From: Marsupella aquatica
Taxonomy: Eukaryota; Plantae; Marchantiophyta
NCBI GenBank assembly: GCA_973895155.1
Contig: OZ316897.1
Location: 1,987,312 to 2,051,311, forward strand
Direction of reading: 5' to 3'
DNA length: 64,000 nucleotides
Positions 14,231-26,835 of this stretch are shown here, in pieces; position 1 is the stretch's first letter, and each line of letters opens with the position of its first letter. The position numbers and the translations under genes are program-made. Under the pieces are notes generated by a model, which saw only the letters and a list, made by a program, of their open reading frames with translations, was not told the DNA's origin and did no database searches.

Positions 14231-14587
14231 CTAGCCCCGACTACCCGTTCTTTGAACGTAAATAGTAGAGAGTACAATAAAAAATTATCAAAATATATTT
14301 TCTATCTATATTCTTTGAAGATTAATGAAATGATAAAAAAATTCATCATTTTAATAGTCATATATAATATACCCTTCTCCTTTATGTGCACATGAGTATT
14401 TTTTAATGCACATATGTTGTGGTGGGGCCATAATGCATATAGAAATTATCAAGGAAAACTGGTGTGTACATTGATGATGTCATGAGTTTCTCCCATGCAC
14501 ATGATAACCATAGAGTTACGGTCTAGAGGCTTCACTCTAAACCTAGAGTCTTAAAAGTAGACTTGAGTTGGCGCTTTAATAGTAAGA
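14231..14587 (-). mobile_element. Non-autonomous Helitron-like element, copy 2 (inverted)
   Basis: Minus strand reads A|TCTTACTATTAAAGCGCCAACT...gttcaaagaacgggtagtcggggCTAG|T. Similarity to copy 1 stops at these termini. Confidence 0.7.
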
Positions 14588-14951
14588 TGATAACCCTCAC
14601 TCAGAATCATAGCTGAGGCAGGTGGCTTTACAAGATGTGGGGGCCCACAGATACTTCACTCCCTGTAGAGTGTAGACTCTATACCAATAATGAGTGGAAA
14701 TGGTTCCATATGGCTTTACAAGGACTAACGGGCTAGGTATGGTGTCTACTGATCCTCCTTGCCCACCTACTGTAGCAGTGCACCAAAAGAAATACTGATT
14801 TTGAGTGCTTATTTTGCCTAAATTTTAAAACGCCTGCAGATGTACCCTGGTTGTGTGGAGTTAGGTAGGGGGCTTGGTTACGGGTCCAGTTAGAGACTTC
14901 CGTAAATCTGAAAATTTTGTCAAAATTTCACGTCACCCCGTAAATATACAG

Positions 14952-15195
14952 CCATTAGATGGTTTGAATCGAACGATCTACATCCATTTTGTGTGTGAAG
15001 ACTTGTGTGAAGGCTCGTGTGGCCTCTCAACTGAAAATGAGCTTTCATACCGTTAGATGTTATGAATCCAACCATCCAGATTCATTTTGTGTGTGAATAC
15101 TCATGTGGTCTCTTAGCTCAAAAAGGACTTTTATACCATTAGATGTTTTGAATCCAACGATCTATATTACTTTTGTGTGTGATGCCTCGTGTGAA
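14952..15195. repeat. Three diverged ~85-100-bp tandem units
   Basis: cc(a/g)ttagatg.t.tgaatc.aac.atc.a.at...ttttgtgtgtga at ~14952, ~15050 and ~15137. Confidence 0.8.
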
Positions 15196-15677
15196 GAGTA
15201 ATGTCACTTCTCAACACAAACAACTCTATCAAACTAAACCTATCCATGCTTGGATGTTGACATAACTAGATTATGCCCTTTATGGTGCCTAAAGAATAAG
15301 AAGAACTTGGGCAATATGTGGGCTTTGAAAAAAATCAATATTTGAAAAATCTTCAGGTTGGGTATAAAGTGTATTTTAAAAGGCAATTTAATTGCAATAA
15401 AATAAATAAATAAGCTTGGTAAGCAACATATAAAGCATTCTCTCAACCTCTTGACGCCACACAAGTAAATTGGGAAAGAATACTAAAATATAAGTAGGGG
15501 TGAAAGATCATGAGGAAGGTGGGATGAATAAGCGAGGGTTTGGTCATGGGAAACTTACATTGAAGTTTAATGCAAGGATTGTTAAGATGTTAACATGTGG
15601 AAGGGTCTAGTTATGAAAATATTGTTTTGAAATGGTATTGAATGTTAGATTTTTGGAATGTAAACTCCAGAGTATTA

Positions 15678-16205
15678 TAACCTTGTTTTTAAGTTACAAC
15701 TTGTCAAACAATACTCAAACCCTTGAATACATGTGTACCAATTGCCTTAATTTATGACCTTATTGATTTTAAAGTTACAAATGGGGTCAAACATTATACC
15801 GACCCTTGTAGATGTGTGTACCAAAATGCCTTGACTTGTAACCTTCCCAGATAACCTTATTAATTTTGATTTTGAAGTTACAACTAGGGTCAAGCAGTAC
15901 ACTAACCCTTGTAAATGTGTGTACCATGTAGTGTCTTAACTTGTAGTTACCTTATATTGATTTTATAAGTTACAACTGGGGTCAAACAGTACACCGACCC
16001 TTGCAGATGTGTGTACCAGGATGCCTTAACTTGTAACTTTATATTGATTTTGAAGGTACAACTGGGGTCAAACAATACACCGACCCTTGCGGATGTGTGT
16101 AACAGAATGCCTTAACTTGTAACCTTATATTGATTTTGAAGTTATAATTGGGGTCAAACATTACACCGACCTTTGCATATGTGCGTACTATAGTTTATTG
16201 CCGTA
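15678..16205. repeat. Minisatellite, ~6 copies of an ~85-105-bp unit
   Basis: Repeated aagttacaactggggtcaaaca.tacaccgacccttg.agatgtgtgtacca..atgccttaacttgtaacctt.tattgatttt. Confidence 0.9.
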
Positions 16206-18923
16206 ACTCGAATAATATGATATGCACCTTATAATTATAGTACCTGATTGATAGTAAACTTAAGTGAATAACTTTAGGTACAAAGAGCTAACTTCTCCAT
16301 TTTTGGAATCCAACAAAGGGCAAATTTCACTTTCTCAATATGTAATGTGCTAAGATAATCATAACAATATGAAACACAATTACAAAAGACTCATCTACCT
16401 ACCAAGAGCATTGCTTTTTACAAAAAAATTGCAAATTATGAATACTTATAGTTTTGTTAAGATTGCATAAATCTATTGTGTTGATTCAAATAGAAGCTCT
16501 AAGTGTTGTGGTAAATAATTAATATACTTATATTTGCACATCCATATATGATAATGCTATAAATTTTTAGCTTTTCTGATAATTTATTTGAAAATAAACA
16601 CTATTATGATAAATATAACATGTGTGAAAATTAAATTTTAAATTATAGATAGTCCATGCTTGATTTAGCTTTATGAGTGAACAACTTTAGCAATCACACT
16701 TATTCAATGGGGAAAAAAGAGAGAAACAAACCTCTATTTCAAGCTTAGATGATAGCTTGGGGTTGTTTCTTAGTGATGCCAAAATTTGTCTACAAACTCA
16801 CACAAAATTGCTCATGTCAATTGAATGGACAAAATACCAAGTCACTTCACAAATAACAAATAAACACAAATTCTAGCCATAAAAAATATGCACTGATATA
16901 AACATTTACCTTGATGGTAGTCACCATGAGAAATCTTAAAAAAAATCTTGGATGCCACTTGAGTGTAGCTCCCCCCAGGCCTCATTCAAACATATTCCTT
17001 GAATGCACACCAAAAAACTCATAAGCATAATCTCAAACTCACTTACACATTCAAGAATAGCCAATTATTCTCAAAACATTAAATTATTCTATTATTATAA
17101 AATCTCCACAAAAATAAGGCTATGACTTTCTATTGATTAGTAAAACATACATTTAAAAAACAGAAATGAAATCAATATGTTTCTCCTCTCATGAAGGTGA
17201 AGGTGGCTGTATATAAAGTTACTCTCTTCCAGTCTTTCCAACATGATCATTATGATTCTACACTTATGGTTTTTTTCTTTGTTTCCATTTGCCAGCCATT
17301 AAAATTGATGAGAATTTTGTTTTTGTCATTACTAGACAAATCATGATGAATAAAGTACATTTTCCAAACAAAAAGTATACTTGTCTCCCCATAAAACAAT
17401 TAAAAAACCAATGCTATGAATAGTTTTTGAGTTTATGAATTTGTTTTCTAGTGATGTCAACTTTTATTATGCAAACTTCAAATACTTTAAAAAATATATC
17501 ATAATTTCATAGACAAGTCCAATGCGTAGTTATCCATTGCACAAAAATGTTACGAGACAATGAAGTGCAGGTGATTGCCTAGCTCCTTGCCTCCAAGATA
17601 GTTTGTTGCTCACCCTTGTGATGAATAATTTGTCACTCGAACAAGCAAGGTGATGGCTATAGTGAGGAGTTGCAATGTGAATTACACAGAGAGGTGAAAA
17701 GAACTTGAGAAAGGTGGAGACAAACAAATGATGACAATATTATGTACCACGCTAAAAGCTCCTTCCAAATTCTTGGCAGTGTATTTGTGCACATCATAGA
17801 GTTTTGGCAAACTTGACGACTAGGAAAGACCAGGAAAGAGAGCTAGTAAAACAAACAAATACAATATTACCAATGTGTCAAAAAAATTGAACTGGACTCA
17901 CATACTAGTTGTTATGTTGCCCAACAACAGCAAATAAAAAAAGGAGAAACGAGGAGATAGAGGACCGAAGAAAAGGGTACTAAAGAGGGATAAATGTTTT
18001 ACAAATAATGAACTGTTCCAGTCTTCAAAACTGATCCCCCTTTTTTGCCCTCCCAAGCCAAATCAAACTTTCCCCATGTCTGTCCATCTTTCCCTTTACA
18101 CTTTCACATGTCCAAAGGTTCTCTACATATATAACACTGCCAATCTAGGGTTCTAGACGCCAGATGGAACCCTTGGATTGTGGAACCAAGAAATCTGCCT
18201 CACTTTAAAATAAAAATAGTACCATGGGGGACTCTGGAATGGTTCTCTGATTGTTCCTCTATTCAAAACAACCTTTGGGAGCTTGGACATGAGCCTGATA
18301 AGTGACCCTCCTTTACCAGGCCTTTCACTTTATTATTGGTCAGTAGGGCTTTAGTTCCTTTGCGACGGGGTTTCTGCCTTTTTTTGGCTCTTTGGTCTTT
18401 CCTGGGTTTTTCCCTTGTGTATCCTTTCTTGCATTGGGTACTTTTAATTCTTTGGCAGTGTGACATATATTCTTTAGTACTTTAGTTCTTTGGCAGTGTG
18501 ATACAAAGATGTCTTGAAAGGTAACTTTTTCCATTTGTCCAATGCAATAAAATGAGTTTGGAATATTTCCAGAACAGAGAAAACACTTGGTGTCTAGGTT
18601 GCAACAACTGCTCACTGAGAGGGTCCTGCTGGTCAACTCAGGTGGCCAGAAGTGACTTGTGACCAACAGGTCTAGATTTCAGTGCTTCAACACACGCCAC
18701 TTGTGCCCATTGCTCAAAGTTTGTTTTCCTCTGCACTTAACTATCTCTGAGTGAATACTCTGGGGAAGATAAATCCTGTGTGCACTAACCATGTTTTGCC
18801 TTCCTTGAATAAGTGCAAACCCCCTTAAGATTTGGACATCAATAGTGGCCCTTTTGTCAGTGAGCAGTCTCTTGACTTGTTGCACAAATTGTACATCCCT
18901 GCCCTAAATTTAGTGTCCAGCTA

Positions 18924-19046
18924 CATAAGTGCATTTTTTACTCTACTAAGAAGGGATGTGCACTTATCAGTAAATGCAATCAAATGAAATTGTGCGCTTA
19001 ATAATAAGTGTGCACCCTTTCTTAGTAAAAAACAAAATGTGCTTAT
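18924..19046. mobile_element. MITE-like foldback (~50-bp imperfect arms)
   Basis: ataagtgcattttttactctactaagaagggatgtgcacttat pairs with ataagtgtgcaccctttcttagtaaaaaacaaaatgtgcttat. A related arm lies inverted at ~13207-13240. Confidence 0.5.
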
Positions 19047-22000
19047 CAAGAATTCTGCACTTTATAAAGTTGCTGTTTAGCAAAATGATCCCAGGCCTGT
19101 TTGCGGTTAGAAGAGGGCAAAACTAGTGCAACCTTTGTGTACAATAAAATGAAGAAGAGGATGCCTTGCACTAAACCAGCTTTTGAGATAATGGAGTTTG
19201 AGCTTTCAAAGAGCCGCCTGTAAATGCAAAAACCCAAATCATGATGACATGATGATGCTCCATAAAAAATTACAGTGTTTGACCCTTGTTAGGGTCAGTT
19301 ACTTTCTTGTTGCAATGAACTTAAAGAGTTCTCCCTTAGTTGGCTCCTTAGTTGGCTCCAAGGTAGAAATAAAGTAGACTGAAAGTTTTTTAAACCTGAC
19401 AATTATGGTCAAGCTCTCTAGTAAATTGGATAGGTGACGTGGGGTCATTTGGGAAATCCATTTTCTACTCGAAGCACTTGCACCCAGGGAACTACACTCT
19501 TTGCAGTATTTACTGTCACCAATTTAAGTTCTGTGGCCACAAATTTTTGGGCAGTTCCAATACATAGTGTGTATGATACTAATAGTGTATGATACTAATT
19601 ACCACCACCAGTCAAATAGTATCATCTATATTCCTGCATACAATTTTCAAGTCATTATTTTACAAGACCTTGCAATCTTTGTCCCATTCAACGGAATTCC
19701 TTTAACTCACATTATGCTGACATGATGAAAAGGATTGAGATGCTTCCCCGGGATGCTTCAATGGGAAGAAACGTTATAATAGTATGATAGCATTTTTATC
19801 ATTCACTTTTGTGCATAAGACATCCCATGTTTGTCGACTAAATTGTTCTCCTCATCTATTGAATCGCTTGCCAATTGGAGAAACCAATGCTTGCCTGGAT
19901 TGAGCAATTTACCAAAAGAATCCCCTATCCCAATCCCCATCCACTGTCCAGCAAGCAACATCTCTACTTTTTTTCTTCATACCTCTTTGTCCAGGCATCT
20001 TTAATTTTTGAAAAGAAGTACATGGCTGGCAATCATAAGTTGGATTAATTTGCTGGACGATACTTAATCTATGTGTTAATCTCATACAAAGGTACCAACA
20101 CTCTTGGTGCCTGGTTGTATCTACTGTAATTGTCCATCCATTGAACCTTAACTCTTCCTCAATTTTGTGGTTTGTTTGATCTTCATCAAGTAACCACAGA
20201 GAAATGTAACACTGATTGTTGTTTATATCCTCAAGACAAGAACTTGAATTGCTTTCAACCTTCAAGACATGAATGCAATAGAGGGAAACAAGGAGCAAAA
20301 ACATGTCGTGGAGCCCATTAGCAGCAAGAGCATTCTCCAGCTATTCTTGTCAATATCCTAATGAATATTCTTGCCTAGTGTTACTTGAAATTTTGGTTTT
20401 CTTTTCTAATGTTAAACAAGGGTGAGGGTAAATAGTGTCACTCGAAGGAAAACCAAGGCTCACACAGTAATTAGTGTGTGTGAGGCTATTTTTGGGTGAC
20501 GCCACTTACATAGACCAATTACTGTAAAGAGTGTACCTATAAACTAATCAGATTTAATTTATAAAGATGGCTAACATTAGTCGGGCCTGAGTTGGAAGAC
20601 ATTGTTAGGCAAGAATAGTAAGCACATGCTTTGCTAAATACAGCAATGGACCCGTGTTCAGCTACCTGTAGCAGCTGACTAATTTTAGCAGCCCATCCAA
20701 ACGTGGAAATACACAGATTATACTTTAAAAGGGCCCCTTTAAGACCAAGGTATCTCACAATGTGTTGAATTTTGGCATGCTTCTATGACAATGGGATGGC
20801 TAAAAAATTTAATTTAATTTTGAGTAAGGATTTGCTCTCCTCAGCTCACTTGAAATAGTCCAATACATACTTGGGAAACTTCGTCATTAATATATGCTTG
20901 AGTTTAATTCTCATTGTTGAATGTAAACCAAACTGTCAGCCTCAAAGGTTGGATCATCACATGCTCAATTCTTTTGCATGATTGTGAGTAGTGGCTAGCG
21001 CCCTCCCCTTTCCAGGGAGGCTTCATGCAAAATAGAAAATAAAGGGTTTTCACAGTGGTTTACAAACACTACATGCACAAAAAGAGGTAGCGGGAAAGGT
21101 TATATGACAAACTCAAACTGTGCTCTCATGAGGACATCTGGGCGATTATGAGATTATTGCATTGCCACTCGTTTTAGTTTTTAGTCAAACTATATACTTT
21201 TGCCACAATTTCTAGTCCAGGCAGTAAACAAAACTGGCAACTTAGTAAATCTCTGTATGACAATTTCTATGTCATTGCATGGCAGTGTGAAAGCTCAACT
21301 CTAGGGTCAGTGGTAAGCCTGGCGGATCATTGAACGTCATGTTCGTTATTTTCATGCCATTTGGAAGAAAATCTTAAGGGACTCAGCTGTGAGATTTCTG
21401 GGGTTTGTGACAATCCTATCTTTATCCCATCTGCCAAAATGATCTGTGCACAGTTTGTCCGACAATCTGAAATACTAATGTAATTACTTAGAGCCCCTTT
21501 CAGTTTTTCAGGTCAGGGAGTTTCGATCTTTCCGTGTATTGTTTTGCAAGGAATCATTAATGGCAGAAAGGCTTTCTTACAAATTGGCAGATTCATGGAA
21601 GACAAAGTAGTGAAGGTGCTCTAGTTTCAAGGTTGAACCTCACCAATTCCCAAACAGGGTGGTAGGTGATGTGCTTTCATCATCCTGTCTTCAAAATCAT
21701 GAGGACACAGTAGAGTAGACGACTGGACATGTATTTTGAGTTTGAGCCAGGGTTGCCATCAAATCGACGGCATTCTTAATACATTTCAGTCCTCTGAAAT
21801 AAATGTGGATGCATTGGGTCAGCTAAGATCAAATAACAGCCTATGGAGATACAAAGTGGGAAAAACGAAAAACTCTACTTGATGCTTGCTGGCAACAGCG
21901 CCAGCAATAATTGAGAATCAGGCTCCTAGCCTGCTTTGATCGTGCCATCGCCGTTGACTCCAGTATTTGGGCACAACTAGCAGTCAGGTACTTGGAATAT

Positions 22001-22879
22001 ACATTAGCTGTTGCTAATAAGAAACCTTGCTTCACTCCAAACAAAACCAGTAGCTTTGCGTCCTGTCAAAGTCGGAGGATGCAAGCACACCTGTTGTAAA
22101 CTTTTATATTCATTTTGTACTGCTATTTACAAGGCTCCAGTAGAATACAGCAACACAACTCTATAACATGTTCCGCTGAAGACTATGATTATGTACAGGA
22201 TTATGTACAGGAAGTAATACAACTACCTAGATTATACACTGCTCCAAGTTTTTTTATCCGCAATCTTTGATGTTGGGTATCACACATGATTGTTGGTAGC
22301 CTGATCATAGATTGGACTTAGTCCTAGCATAATCCACCGGAAGCGTCGCAAAGGCTACCAAAATCTGTACTCCAAGAAAATTCCATTAAATCTACACACA
22401 GAAAATCCAGAACTCAGTAACGAGTTATTACAGCGGGCAGTCCGTCATCAAGTTGCTAGAGTTCAGTATTCAAGAATTCCAGCATTGCTGGCAGTTTAAA
22501 TGGTTCATAAAGATAACTGAACGCATAAATTGCAATCTTAACCTGACTTTTCAGGAGTTCTCTTTGATGTCTTTGATGTAAGACTTCAAATGGAGATTTT
22601 TCTGCCCCTCCATGGGACAAGGGAGTTTGAAATGCTAGGGAATTGGAATAGCTAGGGATAAGGCAGCTGATACGGGACCCATTGTCACTTATGGTTCGAT
22701 GGGAAGTTGTATGTGTGCTGGCCAAACAAGTAGTTTACTAGTGGCTTGCTGCTAACAGGAGGACGATGATATTTCTGTCAAGTTGCTTCGCAACAATCAA
22801 ATCGTTAACACCTTCACTTCTCTGCAATCAAGATCTTTTTGACAATCAATTGACTCTTTTGAAAACTCAGGTTCAACAT

Positions 22880-25138
22880 TTATACCTGTCGTAATTGCCA
22901 TTCTGACACTGCACGAAGTCTAGTCAATTCATCTCGCCAACGAGCTGCAAGAGAGTAAATGCAGGATGTAAAAGAAGTGTTCAGCTACTTCATCATCTCA
23001 CGGTCATCTTACGCACCAAAAATGCTTATGACAATTACAAGGGAAACTAGAAGCACAAAACGATATCAACAACCCCAAAAGAGGACAGACCTGCATCAGC
23101 GTAACGCTCGTCTACCACAGCCAATAGCATATTTTTCATCAATGTGATCTCTTCAGCCATGGTGTCTGGTTCTACGTCAGCCCTGGAGGTTTAAGCCATG
23201 ATAATGAAGGTCACACCAGTAAATATTCTTCTTTAAAAGCAAGAAATGACATCCGAGCCATTGAAACATTTATTTTCCTACTTCAGATCACCTTCCAAGC
23301 ATCAGACTTCATCAAGCAGACTTATGTAGGTTCTCAAGCTCAACAGTCACGATAAATTATTCAGTGATACTTTATTATACCTGTCCAGAAAAGAGTCACC
23401 AACAGAGGTCCTGCCCAACGCAGCTTCTGTATGATGGGCTGACCTAAACACAGGTCTAATTGCATCGGCATCAATAATGGACTTATTCACGTATATGGGT
23501 ATCTGCACGAGAGGAACATTAACGGTGAGACCATAAACGTGGTAGTGAACGAATAACGACGAAGGAAGGAATATATTCACAAGTGATCGAATATGCAGAG
23601 CTGAAATTAGTACACGGCTGCAGGTATCACACCTTGCATCTGACAGCAAGATTGATGGCGTCTGATGGTCGTGCATCCACGCTCAACAACGCTTCATCTC
23701 CTGGCTGCAAATCTCATGCACCAACCTTTTGATCAAAGAGAGCACCCTTAGCGTTTTAAATGCAGGATACCAGCATGACCTTCCCGAGCTGACCTAGATT
23801 GGAGAGAAATCATAACAATCACCTCAAGACAAGTGTCCCAAAGAGGAGAAAGGCTTTCTTCTGAAGTTTGTGTGATTTGCAACGCTCCTGAAGAGTGATT
23901 TGAAATTCAATGCGTGCATCTAACTTTGCCATTAACTGAACGTTAGAACTCACCTTGCCGATATAGATTCGAGCATAATATGTGTCCAACACACGCTCTG
24001 TCACCCTCACCATTTTAGCCTGACAATACCATGTCACCATCACAATGTTATACGGGATCCTGCGTTTAAGGAGCTCAAATTATCGCAGCAGAAGCGAAGC
24101 TGGTACGAAGTAATGCAGCTAACTGTACCTCATAGTTCAGAGCACCCACTATGTCCTTCAAAATCTGGTACTGATTCGGCCTCCCCTGGAAAAGGCAGAA
24201 CAATTCTTTCAGATTCCTATCAAAACATTCAAGCCGGAAGAGATTATGAGGAAGTCAGAAAGGTCACAAGCTCGAGATTTGAAGGGAGATCGGGGCTCAC
24301 CATCTTCGAGGTTTCATGTAAACCCTTCATAAGCATTGCAACTGCCGTTTCCCCTGCAGCTCAATCACACAGCCTCTTCTTACTATCCCCTTTGAGCTAA
24401 GATTCTCAACTCGAAAAGCTGACCACGACGTTTAACTTACAGTAACTGTCCAGCCCGTACCAACAATCTACACGTCTAGTGAAACTCAGCGGCAAGAGCG
24501 TCTGCGTGTAAAAGAAGTGACACAAGCATAGATCGAGAAAGCAAACAGCAGCGAATAATCTACATTAAAGGAGTGCCATATCTAGAAATTCAGAAATGGG
24601 TTGTACTGAATAATAACTCACCCACAACAATTGGAAGCATAAGATCAGAATCATTGGCCATTTTCAAAAAGATCGTTGGAGTGCTGCCTTTGTAGAGAAG
24701 GTAGCCCTTACTAGGATTCACATGATTCACCTCTACTTCTCGGCCATCATTCAAAGTCATGAACAACTGTCCGTGTGATGGCACCATTTTCACTGCCCCC
24801 AAAACAAAACAAAACGTATCAAACAAACACCGATCTAAATTTCGTCTATTCAATTTCATTTCTTTCAGCAACAATAAAGGTCAAGAGAAGCGCACGCATT
24901 GCCTCAAGGAGGGATGGGAGGTCAGTCGCGTCCTAGTACCTGCGTCTACCACATGCGCTTGCAGATAGTCTCCGTCGCCATCCTGCCCCCAGTCGTCGCC
25001 GCCGGCGCTGCATCGTGCCCCTCTCCCTCTCTTCGGCTTCATGCTCAACCTCACAACGGGCTTGGCGACCACAAGAGAGCAAAAGCTTGAGCGCCATCTG
25101 TATGGCTGTGGCATCCGTGGGATCGCAATTCCCTCCAT
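22880..25138 (-). CDS. Bifunctional nuclease / DUF151 family protein with a C-terminal UVR-like motif (At5g66050-like), probably plastid-targeted
   Basis: Nine frame-consistent exons: 24940-25138, 24622-24792, 24301-24353, 24129-24185, 23954-24019, 23633-23704, 23381-23502, 23091-23182, 22880-22944 (~298 aa). Motifs: LMLPIVVGETAVAML, GRPNQYQILKD, VRVTERVLDTYYARIY, SVDARPSDAINLAVRCK, AVVDERYADAARWRDEL. The N-terminus is Arg/Ser-rich. Confidence 0.92.
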
Positions 25139-25934
25139 ACTCTTCCTGTGTGTCTCCGCGGAGTCTATCTATTTTCTGCCTGCTTAGGTGTTGCTACGCC
25201 TAATTCGATACCGTCCAATGAATCGATTGCCGGTGATGTTGCTCGATTCAGATCTGACAGCAAAGCGTTCCAAAATCAATCAATTCTTTCCAACTTAGAT
25301 TTCCAGTTTTCTCTCTCATCCTCTTCCGTCTCTGTTGTCAAGAAAACTTACCCAATCCGTGTACTTCAGACATCGACTGTATCCTCTCCTCTCCTTCTGT
25401 AGTAATCCGCTTGGCCAACCTGTAAAATTGTCATCCTCCTCACGTAACTAAAGATGACGATTTACAGGCCTCGATTACTGTTTTCACGTGTCATATCTAC
25501 TAACCAACATACACAATCCACAAATGCTCAATCCACAAACCTCCATTAAAGTCTTACCTAAAGTCCGCGCCCGTCCTCTGCGTTTCTACTCCGAATTTCC
25601 TCTCCTCAAATCCTAAAAGCAAGCTCGGCTTCTAAGCAAGAACCGCACACCCGCCGGGAGAAAGGAAGGAAGGATCGACGAGAGGCTTCCACAATTTCGA
25701 AACGCGACGCAACCTCGAGTTCAATTGAGCTCTTCCGAAGTGAAGCCGCAACTTCTAGAACAATTAATTGAAGCCCGAAACTCTGCACATTGCCGGGACT
25801 GAAAAGAGCGCTGAGGTGAGCTCGTAAGAGCGAACGATCTTCATGCAACACCAGCGAGAATCGGCGCTTCAATGTCGATGCAGAAGCTCCAAATCGAAAC
25901 ACACTTTTCACCCTCCTCCTCCTCTTTTCGGGCC

Positions 25935-26835
25935 ACTTTGTCGATGACAACAACCCAACGAATTGTTCTCTGTGCTGCTGTTGTTCTCGTCGTCGACTGT
26001 GCACACGAAAGCTCATCAAGGGGTCGGGTTCCATGCGGCAGACTCAGCGCCCCCAATACAACCGAAGAGTGCGGTTCCATGCCTTCGGACTCTAGGCCCC
26101 CCTAAAACCCTTCTGAAAGATGTGGTTGGACAAATTTGAGCATTCGCTGCCTTCACTCTCGGCCTCCCTTAAAACCCTTCTGACTGGACAAAATTGAGCA
26201 TTCCCTGCCTTCAATCTTGGCCTCCCATAAAACCCTTATGGTTAACTTGGATGCAGCTCCTCTTGTTGGACCTCTTTGTCAATGACAACAACCCAATGAA
26301 TTGTTCTCTCTGATGTTGTTCTAGTGGGCAATGGTGCGCACCAAAGTTCACTGAAGGGTCAGGTTCCCGGTAGACTTTAGTGCCCCCAACACAACCCAAT
26401 AGTATTGAAGGGTCGGGTTCCATGCGGTAGACTTCAGCGCCCCCACTACAACCAAAGGGTATCGAGGGGTTGCGGTTCTGTGCCTTCAAACTCTTGGCCC
26501 CCCTTCAAGCCCTTCTGAAAGATGTGGTTGGACAGAATTGAACATTGTTTCTTAGTTATGGTAACTTGGATGCAGCTCCTCTTGTTGGACCTCTTTGTCA
26601 ATGACAACAACCCAATGAATTGTTCTCTTTGATATTGTTCTAGTCGGCAATGGTGCACATGAAACATCACTGAAGGTCAGGTCCATGCGGCAGTGCCCCC
26701 AACACAACCCCATAGTATTGAAGGGTACTGTTCCATGTGGTAGAAACAACCCCCCCCCCCGCCCCACGGCCCCCCCTAAAACCTTCTGAGGATGTGTTTG
26801 GACAAAATAGAACAAGTTGATTCATGATGGTAACT
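25935..26835. repeat. Three diverged ~320-340-bp tandem units with internal sub-repeats
   Basis: ctttgtc(g/a)atgacaacaacccaa(c/t)gaattgttctct at ~25936, ~26274 and ~26593. Recurring gggtcgggttccatgcgg and aaaacccttctgaaagatgtggttggaca. Confidence 0.85.

Noticed and set aside
19909-20304. 131-aa ORF as a transposase remnant
   Set aside because: No recognisable DDE, SWIM or RT motif. It may be decayed TE sequence, but I cannot support a call.
21510-22099. Plus-strand gene fragment convergent with the DUF151 gene
   Set aside because: There is an acceptor-like site, but all frames are interrupted and no family is recognised.
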